This document shows positions 13,017 through 25,656 of a DNA stretch of 64,000 bases, piece after piece. The notes below the pieces were generated by a model that was not told where the DNA came from, did no database searches, and saw only the letters and a list, made by a program, of their open reading frames with translations. Each line of letters opens with the position of its first letter. Position 1 is the stretch's first letter. The DNA lies in assembly GCF_006345805.1 (NCBI RefSeq), contig NC_043012.1, positions 4,340,001-4,404,000 on the forward strand. Reading direction: 5' to 3'. This DNA is from Octopus sinensis. Its lineage: Eukaryota. A program made the translations under genes and the position numbers.

Positions 13017-13170
13017 GATGAGCATCCTTCAGTTTCCATTTGCCAAATCCACTCACAAGGTTTTGGTCAGCCCAGGGCTGTAGTAGAAGACACTTGTCCA
13101 AGATGCCATACAGCGAGACTGAACCCAGAACCATGTGTTTGGGAAGCAAACTTCTTACCACACAGTCATG
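13017..13170 (-). mobile_element. SINE family A 5' half
   Basis: Reverse complement of the family A head and body (CTTCAGTTTCC...CCAAATCCACTCACAAGG...CTTCTTACCACACAG). Confidence 0.75.
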
Positions 13171-15039
13171 TCTTTTATTATTTTTGAGTCAAATTGCTTA
13201 ACTAAATAAGGTATTAGGCATACCTTCCCATGGTCATGATTTCAACTCTGTTGCTGGTGTACTAATTTGTTTTGTCTATGCAAAATATTTCGTACAACTT
13301 CACTCAGCTGTCAGAAATAAGTACCTCCAAATCACTGATAGTCTTGCCATTAGCTACTGACTCTGGTTCTGAATATGGACTACTTGTGATGATGGCTGCT
13401 GTACAACAGTTGTGAAAATATATGTAAAGGCATTAAATAAGGTGTGTGTGTGAGTGAGTGAGCAAGTGAGATAATGTGGTTACTTGAGGTGCAGGATAGA
13501 AGCTATTTAGATGTTGTGGCTACAAGAGCAGTGAAGTGGTAGAACATTGAACAGAATGTGCAGCAATACTTAGCTTTACTCGTCTGTATTTTTTAAATTT
13601 TAAACCCTACAGGGGATCAACTTTCGATTTCCATTTCTATTTGGTTGATTAAAAAACATACCAGCGTTTGGTAAGACAGACTGTATCTGTCTCTGTAAAT
13701 TCATGGCTTTGGGTGAATGTGAGAAATCTTTGTTGCTACCAGAAGAATGGAGTGGTCGAATTGCTAAAGCACTGGCTTCTTCTGTCCTGAGGTCAAATTC
13801 TGTAGTAGTTGACTCTGCTTTTCATTTCTCCATCGTTGGTAAAATAGTAAACCCATGCAGTGGAATTGAACTTGACACCATGTGGTTTCACAGTGAGCTT
13901 CTTAACCACTCAGCTTTGCCTCTCCCAATGTGATGACTCTTGAAAGGCAGAATGCCTTGCTCGATAAGAGAAACAACAATAACTTAAAAACAGCAGCTGC
14001 TCCCCCACAATGACATAGGCTTCGTCTCGCAATTTGTGAAATAAAAAAAAAAACAACAACAACTCCCTGATATATACAGGGAGACTTTATATATGGACAG
14101 GGCCCATAATGCGCAATAGTAAACTGTCTCCTTGCCTGGGGGATTTTTTGAGATTGGGTAAGGAGAAAACTGAGATCCTAGTCTTAGAGATGATGGTCAT
14201 TGTTGGAATGTCTCTGATCATAGTTGTACTGGATGAGAAATGATCTAGCATTAAAGTACAGCAACAATACCACCACCACTACATATGCATGATACATTAG
14301 AGGATAAAATTCATAGCTTATCTTTAGGTGTAAAATGTGTGTGGCAGGGAGGTCACACTGTATTCAAGACTGTATTATACTTTAGTACATACAGTAAATT
14401 ACTCTGATTGCTTTTAGCTATGTTGGTGTTATGACTGTTTGAGGATTTAGCCAAGTATGTCTTCCTCAGTTCTAGTCTTTTTTTATGGACCTTGGAAAGA
14501 CAAAAGTTAGTTTATTTGGATACGATTTATTTATGTAGAGGGACACAACCAAATAACCCAAAGTTTTTTGTCTGATATTCCCTTAATTCTCTCACCTGCT
14601 ACCCATACTTGCGCCTGTTCTGGTTTAGCCCCAAGTTACTCTTGATCCAGCAGAGTTATGGTCAAATGTGTTCTGGATGTGATCATCATGTCTTTTTATA
14701 TATCAGTAACTTTATTGACATTTGACGGATATTTGTCCTCATCTTGTTTGTTGTAGAACTGTAGTAACTTTATTGTCCAAATGTGTGTTGCTTTATTTTA
14801 TGATAGTTAAGTGTCATCCGAGGGACAGTTAGATGCTGTTTGAAGCAGAGTAAGCAACTGCTTAGAGGTTTCTTTTGACTTGATATGTATTCTTGTAAGA
14901 TATATATGTAGGATTGCTCCACAGAAATGAACATTACATCTTACATATTCCACTCTTAAAAGTTTTGACCTTATGTTTATATCTAAGAAAACCTTGCATG
15001 ATAGTAGTAGCTGCAGTAATAATAATGGTTTCAAATTTT

Positions 15040-15340
15040 GGCACAAGGCCAGCAATTTCGAAGAAGGGGCAAGTTGATTATGTTTCTGTTCCCCCACCCC
15101 ACTTCTGTGCTCAACTGGCACTTATTTTATCAACCTCAAAATGATGAAATGAAAGGCAAAGTTAACCTCAGCAGATTTTGAACTCAGAATGTAAAGGCGG
15201 ACTAATAACAATCTTTTCTACTAAAGGCATGGGACCTGAAACTTTAGGAAGAGGGGGACTAGTTGATCACATCAAACCCCAGTGTTTCACTGGTACTTAA
15301 TTTATTGACACCAAGAGGATGAAAGGCAAAGTCGACCTTT
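15040..15340 (-). mobile_element. SINE family B fragments (two partial copies)
   Basis: GGCACAAGGCCAGCAATTT...ACTGGCACTTATTTTATC...GAAAGGCAAAGT motifs occur twice. Confidence 0.65.
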
Positions 15341-16766
15341 AATAATAATAATTTTCTTGCAATATTAAACACTTATTGATTGTTTGTTTTCATATTTAAT
15401 GGTAATAAAATATTTATATTAATAAATGTCAGAGCGAGGGATTTTTTGTCTGTGTACTAAGTTCAAATTCCCCCAGTTTTTGTGTTTTTATCTCTACAGA
15501 GTCTCTAAAATATTTACCAGTTTGTTCATATGTTGGACTTTTTTTCTCATTTAAAAATCACAATTATCATAATTGGATGTGGTGGGGGGTGGGATATTCA
15601 GATTTTGTGCTCCTGCATCATTTAAAGAATTTGTGCAGTGGTGGTTGGATAAATTCTGTTGGTGTCAGCTTTGCTTTCTGTTCATCCAGATCTGGTGACA
15701 TGTGAATGTGTGTGTGTGTGTGTGCTAATATATGTGACTATATGTATATGTGTATGTGTGTGTGTCTCTCTCTCTCTCTCTCTGTATATATATATATATA
15801 TATATATGAAAGAGAGAGAAGTGTGTGTGTTTTTGTATTTATCCACCACCATCACTTGACAACTGTTGTTTCCCATAACTTAGTGGTTTGACATGAGATT
15901 GAAGGAAACAGTAATGGGATTAAAAAAGAAAAAACACTGGGTTGGATTTGTTTTACTAAAACCCTTCAGGGCAATGCCACAGCATGGCCATAGTCCAATG
16001 ACTGAAACAAGTAAAGGATAAACGATAATGATTTAGGGTGAGAGAGACAGTGTCCAAGACACCCAGAACTGGTGGGAAGTTATTGCAAGACCAGAGATCT
16101 CACCTAAAATGGTTGCATTGGAGTGGATCATCTAAAAGTGTTCAAGAAAATGGTATTAAATCAGGTGATGGATCCAGTCTACCATATAAAGTCACGAAAG
16201 AATCATTTTACCAAATTGAACTCTCAAACTTGTGTTGAGCCATGGTTATAACAGAAGGCACTGAAGTCTCTGTTGAGTGAGATTGAACCAGAAGCTGTGC
16301 ATTTGTGAAGGGACTTTGTTAACCACATAACCATGTCCATATGTTTTGACTGTTATTTTATTTCACTAACCCCAAAAGGGTGTTTTTTTTTTTTTTAATA
16401 ATGTTTATGAAAGAAGTTCTGTGAGAGAAGTTAGTTCCATATGAAATTCAAGAACCCTCTGCTGTTTAGTGAGGAGGTTGTGGTGGTGGTACATGATGGA
16501 GCAGTTCTTCCACTTAATACCACTTCGAGGAGTGAATGAAAACAAGTCTGCCTACTCAAATGTGATTCTACACCTGAAATGTTTTTGTGTTTTTGGTTCA
16601 GTGACTTATTAGGTTCTTTTGACTTGCATTTAACAACATATGTTGTTGTTACTAAGGCAGTTGTTATGGCTAAATTGAAAAAAAAAAAATGTGTAAACGA
16701 ATTAAGCTTTGATACCAGAAACATAAGCAAACTTGGCAATATGCCTTATCCTGAACATTCACACTT

Positions 16767-16989
16767 TTAACCCTTTAATGTTCAGATTATTGTGTTAAAT
16801 CTAATAACATGTTTATTGACATGTTTTGAAATAATCGTACCATTATCTCATAGCTTTGAGATTTCAATGATGTGAATGCGTATTTTTAGTGACATTATAG
16901 GGTAGGTTTGAGAGATCAGATCTGGCTGGTCTGAGCATAAAACGAAATGTGTAGAGCAGATAAGTCCAGTTTAAATGCTAATGGGTTAA
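16767..16989. mobile_element. TTAA-flanked piggyBac-like MITE, family 2
   Basis: TTAACCCTTTAATGTT ... AATGCTAATGGGTTAA; interior similar to 9638-9855. Confidence 0.7.
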
Positions 16990-17509
16990 AACATGGATTG
17001 AGTGCACTACAAGAATCCCAAACCAGATGGTGGTGGTGGTGGTGGTGGTGGTGACTGTTTTAGCCCAGGGTCAGCTCTGACTGACAGACCAATGATTAGA
17101 TCCTTTCGTTACTGTATTTCTGTTGAAATATATCATTTTTTCTGTTAATCTTTAAAATAATGAAAGATTTACAAAACTAACTGTTGTTAATAAACTGATG
17201 TTTGGGATATAAATTAACATGAAATTTTGGTGGAAGATTTTAACTTAGATTGCTTTAAAACTGGAGGTTTGTATCATAGAATGAGGGAAGATTTCAGGCG
17301 TGCTGGTATGAAGAGAGTTAAAGATGTTGGAATTCAGGCGATGATGATATGTTGCTCCTCTTTTATGGCAATAGGGTATAATTTAAGAGCAATTTGGCTG
17401 TTATTCCTAGCAAGTCAAGTGATTTTTGTCATTGGCTTGAAAGCCTTGTGTTTAGCATACAGGATTTTCTATGTGCTGCTGAGTAGAAATGAAGGGAGAT
17501 GGCTCACTG

Positions 17510-17800
17510 GTTAGGGCATCAGACTCACAATCATGAGGTAGTGAGTTTGATTCCTGGACTGGGCTGTGTTGTGTTCTTGAGCAAGACACTTTATTTTACG
17601 TTGCTGTAGGAATGCACTGCAACATCACTGGTGCCAGGTTGTATTGGCCTTTCCCTTGGATAACACTGGTGATGTGGAGAGGGGAGGCCGGCATGCATGG
17701 GCGACTGCTGGTCTTCCATAAACAACCTTGCCCAGACTTGTGCCTTGTGGGGTAACTTTCTAGGTGCAATCCCATGGTCATTCATCACACTATGACCTGC
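17510..17800 (+). mobile_element. tRNA-derived SINE (family D)
   Basis: Head ...GTGAGTTTGATTCCTGGACTGGGCTGTGTTGTGTTCTTGAGCAAGACAC; reverse-strand relatives at ~41230-41500, ~59900-60120 and, in forward orientation, ~61030-61200. Confidence 0.6.
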
Positions 17801-18189
17801 CTGAATAATAACCTCCACCTTCCAAATAAAAACAGGAAATACCCTAAATAACAATAACAACAAATGAAGACACTGATCAGCTAAAACCTACCACCTGCTT
17901 GCATTCTTTTGTGAACCATTAAAAATTTCCATTACAAAAGGTCAACACCTGATTACTAAGTTTTAAATACTGGACTCAGTTTTGTAATTTTGACCTTTAT
18001 AACGTCAGAGTAAATGATTAAATAACTAAACCTACCTACCAAAAAGGACACTCCTAAATATTCACACCTGCTTATAAGGTTCTACATACATGAGTAAATT
18101 TTAAACAATAACATAACCCTAAATTTAATTTATAAAATTTCTTCAAAAACCTCTCCGTAACAACTCACCTTAAAAACTAATTACCACTC

Positions 18190-18370
18190 CACTCAAACCC
18201 ACAATGCATTGCAGTTCAATGATGGCTGAGCTTGCCGAAATTTTTGTGTCACTGTCAATCTACAAAAGTATAGTGTAACCCATGAGATTAATGTGAAATT
18301 GTTTTTATCATAACTGAACATAAACATTAACACGAATATAAAGCCATATTTTTCTTTTAACTTAGTAAGT
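18190..18370 (+). promoter_or_regulatory. Candidate promoter/non-coding first exon of the basigin-like gene
   Basis: Repeat-free island with several retained CpGs and a consensus donor TTA|GTAAGT at 18365. Inference only. Confidence 0.2.
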
Positions 18371-20306
18371 GTACGTATTATAAATAGTAATAATACTCAT
18401 TATTGGTATATAAAATTATGACGAAATGAAACAATCTCGTTTTATTTCAGTCTTTATGTTTTTTTTTTTCGTTTGGGGATAATTTACAACTTTGAATAAG
18501 CAGTATATATGCATAATACAAAAATAATCTTTATGTAAATTATAGAAAATGTGGTCTTGGGTAATTATTAAATATATTTTAGTAGTTTTTAAATAATTTT
18601 GACGAAGCTAAAAGTGAGTATAAAGAGCTAAATTTCCCTCAGAACGGCAACTCTCTTTGTATATTTGTGTGGGTGTGTATAGATAGATATATATTAGCAC
18701 AACACTCTAACTGAGCTAACCAGCCAAGCACAAAGCTCAAGGTGCTGGGTTCAGTACTACTGAGTGGTACTTTAGGCAAGTGTCTTCTGCTATTTTGAAA
18801 ATAACAAAACATTTACTACAATAACTTTGCCATTATTAAATTAAACTGGGATTTTGGAGCATAAATTAATCAGAAATTTTGATTGAAAAATTTTAATTTA
18901 GATTACCTTAAAACATGAACCTGGGTCAGGCTCAGATTGGTTGGTATCAAAAGGGTCAAAAGGCATTTGCCTTCCTTTGACACCAACCAAGGCAGCATGC
19001 TTCACCTGTCATCAGTGGTCATAAAACGGAACTTCTACAAAACATGTGAATGCAAGAAGTAATATTTTGTTGTTTTAGATCAAAGTCTAGTGTGCTTATG
19101 ATCAAATGTATTCCAAATGTGGCCATCACCCCATGTGTTTTTCTAGACTAATGCACTCTGGATTATATATTATCCAACATGTCCTTTAGTCTTTAAACTG
19201 GTCAATCTAGCCCAAATATTACCTGTTTTTATATTCAAATCAGGCAGATCTGACCTCTCACACTGATCTTACAATGTTTCTTTAAAAATAACAAGCACAG
19301 AATAAAAAAATATTGAAGCTACGAGAAAATAAGCATTACATTTGACACTAATCTGAATGTTTAAAGGGTTAAAGAGTTGGCTGTTATTTCCAGCAGTTTG
19401 AGTAACCACATAGAAGTTGGTTTGTGCCTTATGTTTGTATGTGTTGAAAATTTGTAGAAATTGTTTTGATAAAATCAATTCCTCACCAAGTTTTCTCTGA
19501 CGTAGTGGTGTTCAGGTTGAACATGGCATTTATCAATGCTTCTATCATTGTCTGAACTCAAAGTATCATAAACTAACAAGGAAGTTCGGCTTACTAGAAA
19601 GAGCAACCAAATCCCTTCTCGAATCAGTCTTTGCTGTCTTAACAAAACGGAGGACCCATTAGATAATGTTATGTTAGATATCACTAAGACTAGATACCTT
19701 TGAACATTCTTCTGCTCAATCAGAGCTGACCTGAATTAAATGACAAGAAAACCTTTTGTACTTTAAAAAATTTTTTTTTACACTTTTATTTAAACTGAAA
19801 AAGAGCAGTTTCACACAGTTGAGGACTTTTCTAAACTGCTGCTTATCACGAAGAAGAAAGAATATTTCATTACGTGGAACTACATACAAACAAGTGGACT
19901 AGACCAATGGAGATTTAAATATCTTGGTCATGGATATTATGACTAGCGATAGAATGTAGGATACTGGCACACTCTGTTATTTGCATGAATAACCTGTGGC
20001 TCTCTTTCTGTTGAAGTTCTATTGAAGCATTGGAATTTGTGTTGAGAAATCCATTTTGCATTCTTTAATAATACAATTTCTGTACCAAAAGATTTATGTG
20101 CAATTGCTTCTGTCTAAATTGATGTTCACAAGTAGGGAAAGTTATGCAATAAGGATAAATATGTCTCTATCAGCTCACATTGTGTGATTTTTGTGTGGAC
20201 AGCATTGACATCATTTCATTATATTCATGTCCTGGAATAATAATAAATATTTTTTGCATATATCTGTGTATGTAAAAATTATACACAGGAAAATGTGTGT
20301 GTATGT

Positions 20307-20910
20307 CATCATCATCATCGTTTAACATCTACTTTCCATTCTGGCATGGGTTGGACAGTTTGACTGAGGACTGGTGAGCCAGAGGCTGCACCAGGTTCAA
20401 TCTGATCTAGCAAAGTTTCTACAGCTGGATGCCTTTCCCAATGCCAACCACTCCGAGAGTGTAGTGGGTGCTTTTATGCGCCACCAGCACGAGGGCCAGT
20501 CAGGCGGTTCTGGCAACGACCATGCTCAAAAGGTGTTTTTACATGCTACCTGCATGGGAGCCAGTCTGGTGGCACTGGCTATGACCATGCTCGAATGTTG
20601 TTTTTCACATACCACTGACACATATGCCGGTATGGTGACGCTGGCAATGATCATGCTCGGATGGTGCTTTTCATGTGTCACCGGCACGGGAGCCAATCCG
20701 TGGCCCTGGCAATGATCATGCTCGAATGGTGCTTTTCATGTGTCACCGGCACGGGAGCCAATCCGTGGCCCTGGCAATGATCAGGCTCGGATGTGCTTTT
20801 AATGTTCCACTGGTACTAGTGCCAATCAGGTAGTACTGTCATTGGCCACGTCAGCGATTTTGATTTGTTTACACTTGCCTCAATAGGTCTTCGCAAGCAA
20901 AGTTCATTGT
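20307..20910 (-). mobile_element. RTE LINE 3' UTR-derived repeat (family C) with an internal 65-bp minisatellite
   Basis: Same sequence as 37780-38500, from the (CAT)n tail through GATTTTGATTT..CTTGCCTCAATAGGTCTTCGCAAGC; tandem 65-bp units at 20641-20705 and 20706-20770. Confidence 0.75.
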
Positions 20911-23252
20911 CCAATGAATGAGGGTTATGTATGAATGAAAATGTGTGTGTGTATAAATGAAAATGTGTGTGTATGTACGAATGAAAATGTATGTTTGTAT
21001 GTGTATGTACGAATGAATGCATTTGTGTGTGTGTGTGTGGGCATTGCTGTGTAGTGAAGTTTGCACCACAAGTACATACGTAGCTCTGAGTTTGATCCTA
21101 CAGTCCAGCATCTTGGATAAACTTTGTGTTGGCTAATTCCTGATTCCTTGTAGATGGAAGTTGGTAGACAGAAACTGTGTGTGTGAGAGAGAGAGCGAGA
21201 GACATATAATCTTTTGCTGATGTTTATTTGTGAGAAAAATCTATGGAGCAGTGACTTTTGTGCAAAAATACCTTGTGTTGAATTCTTTCTACCTGTTTGC
21301 ACAGACACTCTTTTGTCACTTTGCTACTGTAAACGTAATGAAGCAGTGATTCACCCTCTTAAAACCAGTAATTGCATTGCTATTGTTCACAAAACCTCAT
21401 TGTATGTATGTGTGTGGCTAATATATATATATATATATCATTGTAATTATTTGTGTGGAGAACACAGAATTTGTTGAGGCAAATTTTCTACTACTGAATG
21501 TCTTTTCTGTTGTCAACCCTCCCCTGTTTTCAAAGAAAGTAATATTTCCCCATGTGGTGGAGCTATAAGGCATTAGGTTCTTGATAAACTAGCTCCTCTG
21601 TTGATCTTCAATTCTTAGAGCATCTTAATTTAGCTGGAATTTACTGAAAACCCCTGTTGTTGTGTGCATAAAAGATGGCCTTAATTTTGTCTGGTTTCAA
21701 GTTAGAAACTGCCCACAATTATCATCATCATCATCATCATTGTTTAATGTCCGCCTTCCATGCTGGTATGGGTTGGACGGTTTGGCAGGAGTCTGCACCA
21801 GACTTTTGGTGTCTGTTTTGGTTCTTATGGCTGGATGCTCTTCCTAACATCAATATCTCTGAAAAACCTATATGTGAAAATGGTTTAAACTTCAAAATTC
21901 CTAGCCCTAACTTTTTTCCAGGTTTTTATAAAATTTAAAGATTCATTTATTTTCATAATGCTGACAGATGTTCCTTCCCACCTTGAGAATTTTTGTGTAT
22001 GTGTATTTTATCCCTAGTAAGGGGAAAAAAAGGAAGAAAAAGACAAAAAGGAGGCTTTTTACTCTTGATAGTAGATATCATTCCGGGGGAGTGGGTAAGT
22101 TGATTATATCAACCCCAGTGATCAGCTGGTACTTATTTTATTGACCCCAAAAGGATGAAAACCAAAGTCAACCATGGCAGAATTTGAACTCGGAATATGG
22201 TGGACAAAATGCTGCTAAGCATTTCACCTGAAGTGCTAATGATTCTACCAGCTTTCTGCCTGAGATAGTAGATATTGAAATTGTATCCTTTCTTTCATTC
22301 TCTAATATGAAATTTTAAACTTCCTCAGTGAGTTACTTGCTTGTCATCTTTCCACCGACCTTGGCGTATCTTAGAAAATACTTTGCCCAAACTTCACCTC
22401 CAATTACATTTCTCTAGGATTCCCTTCCCACTCAGATTCCAGCCTCTAATCTGGGTTGTTTGTTTTTCAAATAGTGTTTGTAGGATTACGTGATCCTATT
22501 TCTATTAGGGTAAGCAGTGGCATAGAGGCTCCCTCATTGTACTGCCAAGGTGGGGATAGGACAGTGAGGTAGTGATAGTGATGGCTTGAAAGTTGTTTGA
22601 GAGAAGTCTTTCTTCTGTTGGCAATGAGGATGTGTTTTGTTGTTCTCTGTGTGTTTGGAAAACAGATGTGATGTCTTTACTGTGTAACAGCAAGTGCAGA
22701 GTAACTGAAATGACTAGTGAAAGAGAGTTTGTCTCTTAGATAATATGGAGCTGTGATGTAAGAGAGCTGGTGAAACGAGAAAGTGTGCAGGTAGTAAAGG
22801 TACAGGCTGATATAGATAGAAAAGATGACTATTTGTATGTGATATAAATAGAATATTAAGTGCCACGAAACAGCAGTGGCATGCAAATTACATTAAATAT
22901 AAAACAATCAGGCTTGATTTGAAGATGGTGGATTTTGTAGTTGAGATCTGACTGAATTTGCAAGCCTGTTTGATGTAAACCAGGATGGAAAATAAAAAAG
23001 AAAACTGATATGAAACTGATGATTCTCTCTTCCACATCATTTTTATTGTTTATCTTTTATTTGTTTCAGTCATTAGATGGTGGCCATGAAGAAGTTTTGT
23101 GGCTGCCTTGAAAAAAATCGACCCCAGTACTTATAAGCTTGGTAATTGTTCTGTCGGTCTCCTTTGCTGAGCCACTAAGTTACAGGGCTGTACAAATGCC
23201 AGCATCAGTTGACAGATAGTGGTGGTGGAGGGAGGAGACAATATAAAGACAG

Positions 23253-23291
<39 letters not shown>

Positions 23292-23292
<1 letters not shown>

Positions 23293-24866
23293 TGGGTCAT
23301 CCCGTAAATAATGCAGATTTTTATACTTCTTTTATTTTTCAAATATCAGATAAACAAAATTTTTTTTTTTAATCTAAAATATATTCTCCTTCATTTTCTA
23401 CAATGTTCTTCCATCTATCTGGTAGACTTGCAAGGCACCTCTTCCAAAATTCACTTGTCCTCGACAAAAAATACTCCTCCAGTACTGTTCTGACCTCATC
23501 TACAGAGCTCATATTTTTTCCATCCAAATGATTTTGAAGACCGTGGAATAAATGATAATCAGATGGGGCAATGTCTGGTGAATATGGCGGGTGGGGCATC
23601 ATTTCTCATTCAAACTGCTCCAGCCTATGGAATGTCATCCTCACTGTATGTGACTGAGCATTATCCTGATGGAAGAACACCTTTTGTCTTGAAATCAAAG
23701 ATAGGTGCAGATGTGGCTGTGTAGTAAGTAGCTTGCTTACCAACCACATAGTTCTGGGTTCAGTCCCACTGTGTAGCACCTTGGGCAAGTGTCTTCTGCT
23801 ATAGCCTCAGGCTGACCAAAGCCTTGTGAGTGGATTTGGTAGACAGAAATTGAAAAAAGCCAGTCGTATATGTATATATATATATGTGTGTGTGTGTGTT
23901 TGTGTGTCAGTGTTTGTCCCCCCACCATCGCTTGACAACCGATGTTGGTGTGTTTACATCCCCGCAACTTAGCGGTTTGTCAAAGGAGACTGATAGAATA
24001 AGTACTAGGCTTATGAAGAATAAGTTCTGGGGTCAATTAGTTTGACTAAAGGTGGTGCTCCAGCATGGCTGAAACAAATAAAAGAATAGTTGTTTATCTT
24101 CTAGCGCTGACTTAAGCTGCTCAAGCTGTTTCCAGTAGATCTCTTTTGTTACCATTTGGTTTAGGTTTAAAAGTTCAAAGTGGACAAAACTTTTCATATC
24201 CCACCAAACAGGTAACAACACCTTATGTGAGTGAAGACCTTTCACCTTGGGTGCTGGTGTTTCTTCTTTCCCTACCCACTGTCTTTGGTCCAAAAAAAGG
24301 TTCATTCGTAAGATGGGACAGCAAAGAAGAGCGCACATTTACTCTCTGCATGTGATTAGACTTGGAAAGTTTGTGAGGAATCCATTGATCCAATTGTCTG
24401 ACTTTCCCCAGTGACCAAATCCAATCTTCTCTGCTAGTTCCTCAACGGTTACGATAGGATTTTAATCCACCAGGCTTTGCAGGGCGTCCTCATGGAGCTC
24501 CACAGATCTTCCAGGGTGAGGATCTTCTTCTAGGCTGTAGTCTCCGGTTTGGAATTTCTCTTTCAAGCTTATTATCCGATCCCCATCTACTGCATTAATG
24601 TTCCTCATGCTTTCTGTTGCATTGTTGCTTTTAGTAAACTCATAAAGCTAAATATGCCAAATATGCTCCTTTGTCACTTCCATTATAACTTTGAGAAAGT
24701 TACTCTTAAGATTGAACTGCACTCTTCAAAACTTGCACTACAATAAGCACAAGGTAAAATTACTACCTGCTTTTATCACAAGTTGATGCAAATAGTTTAG
24801 CCCATACCCCTCTGACTTTTAGTTCATACAATTGAAATAAAACACATTATTTATGGGCTGACCCAA
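23292..24866 (-). mobile_element. Mariner (Tc1/mariner) DNA transposon, near full length, inactive
   Basis: TIRs TTGGGTCATCCCGTAAATAATG (23292) and CATTATTTATGGGCTGACCCAA (ending 24866), each flanked by TA. Transposase motifs WIPHKL (~24370-24387), VWWD..VHFELL, HQDNAQSH and YSPDIAPSDY. The first catalytic-Asp (TGDEKW-type) segment is deleted and a SINE is inserted. Confidence 0.92.
23703..24088 (+). mobile_element. SINE family A inserted within the mariner transposase
   Basis: Near full-length family A copy; the transposase reads continuously (EDKQL|SLISRQKVFFHQDN) across its removal. Confidence 0.85.
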
Positions 24867-25377
24867 TATATACACACACACACACACACACACGTGACTC
24901 ACTTCTTTCAGTTTCTGTCTGCCAAATCCACTCACATGGGACATTGTTGGCCTGTGGTTATAGAAGACACTTGCTCAAGGCACCATGCAGTGGGCTTGAA
25001 CCTGGAGCCTTGTAGTTAGGAAGCAAACTTCTTACCACACATATCCTATACACAGCCATGTCTGTGCCTATTGTCTTCTTATTTTATAACACTTTAGTCT
25101 TCTCTTTGAACTTAATAAGTTATTTTGATATATCTGGTGGGGACAATATATAATACAGAGGAAAAAATCTGAGAAGGATTTAATTTGTTTCATTTGAGGG
25201 GTGTTTTACAAATTTGAAACCCACTGTCATTGGATTTGTCTGTCATAAAATAAATACCTGTAATATATACTGTTAATTGATCATACTCTGACAAAGATGG
25301 ATTGTATGGTAACGAAGAAAAAATGAAATGAATTTTTTATGAAGTAAAATCTTTTTTTTTTTGTTTTTCTTTTTCAG

Positions 25378-25656
25378 ATTTTTACATCCAAGCTCCAAAT
25401 AGTACTGTTATGTACTTAGAAGGCACAAAACTCAACTTGACATGTATTAATACGAACTTTAAAAGGAATATTACATGGTATTTAAACGCTACAGCTATTA
25501 AAGCTGGTTCTGGTTTTAAGCAGAGGAAAGAGGAAGAAAATGGTGTTCAGAAAATAATTCTGGAAAAGGAGAAGCTGAGTATTGATGATTCTGGCGAATA
25601 TAAGTGCATTGACTTGAGCGACTCCTCAAAATCAGTGGAAGTCTTTGTATTTGGTG
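25378..25656 (+). CDS. bsg: Basigin/neuroplastin-family protein, coding exon for Ig domain 1
   Basis: Polypyrimidine tract plus AG at 25376-77; (D)FYIQAPNSTVMYLEGTKLNLTC...ITWY...DDSGEYKC...VFVFG; donor G|GTAAGT at 25657; phase 1-1. Confidence 0.85.

Larger units (their letters stand above)
23050..25070 (-). mobile_element. Older SINE family A copy split by a mariner insertion
   Basis: 3' half at ~23050-23289 and 5' half at ~24869-25070, both abutting (CA)n on either side of the mariner. Confidence 0.65.

Noticed and set aside
14064-14084. Small hairpin CTCCCTG-ATATATA-CAGGGAG
   Set aside because: A 7-bp stem is expected by chance in 64 kb.
18204-18268. MHCSSMMAELAEIFVSLSIYK as the basigin signal peptide
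   Set aside because: Phase is compatible with a weak GTATAG donor, but the peptide is acidic and lacks a sufficient hydrophobic core.
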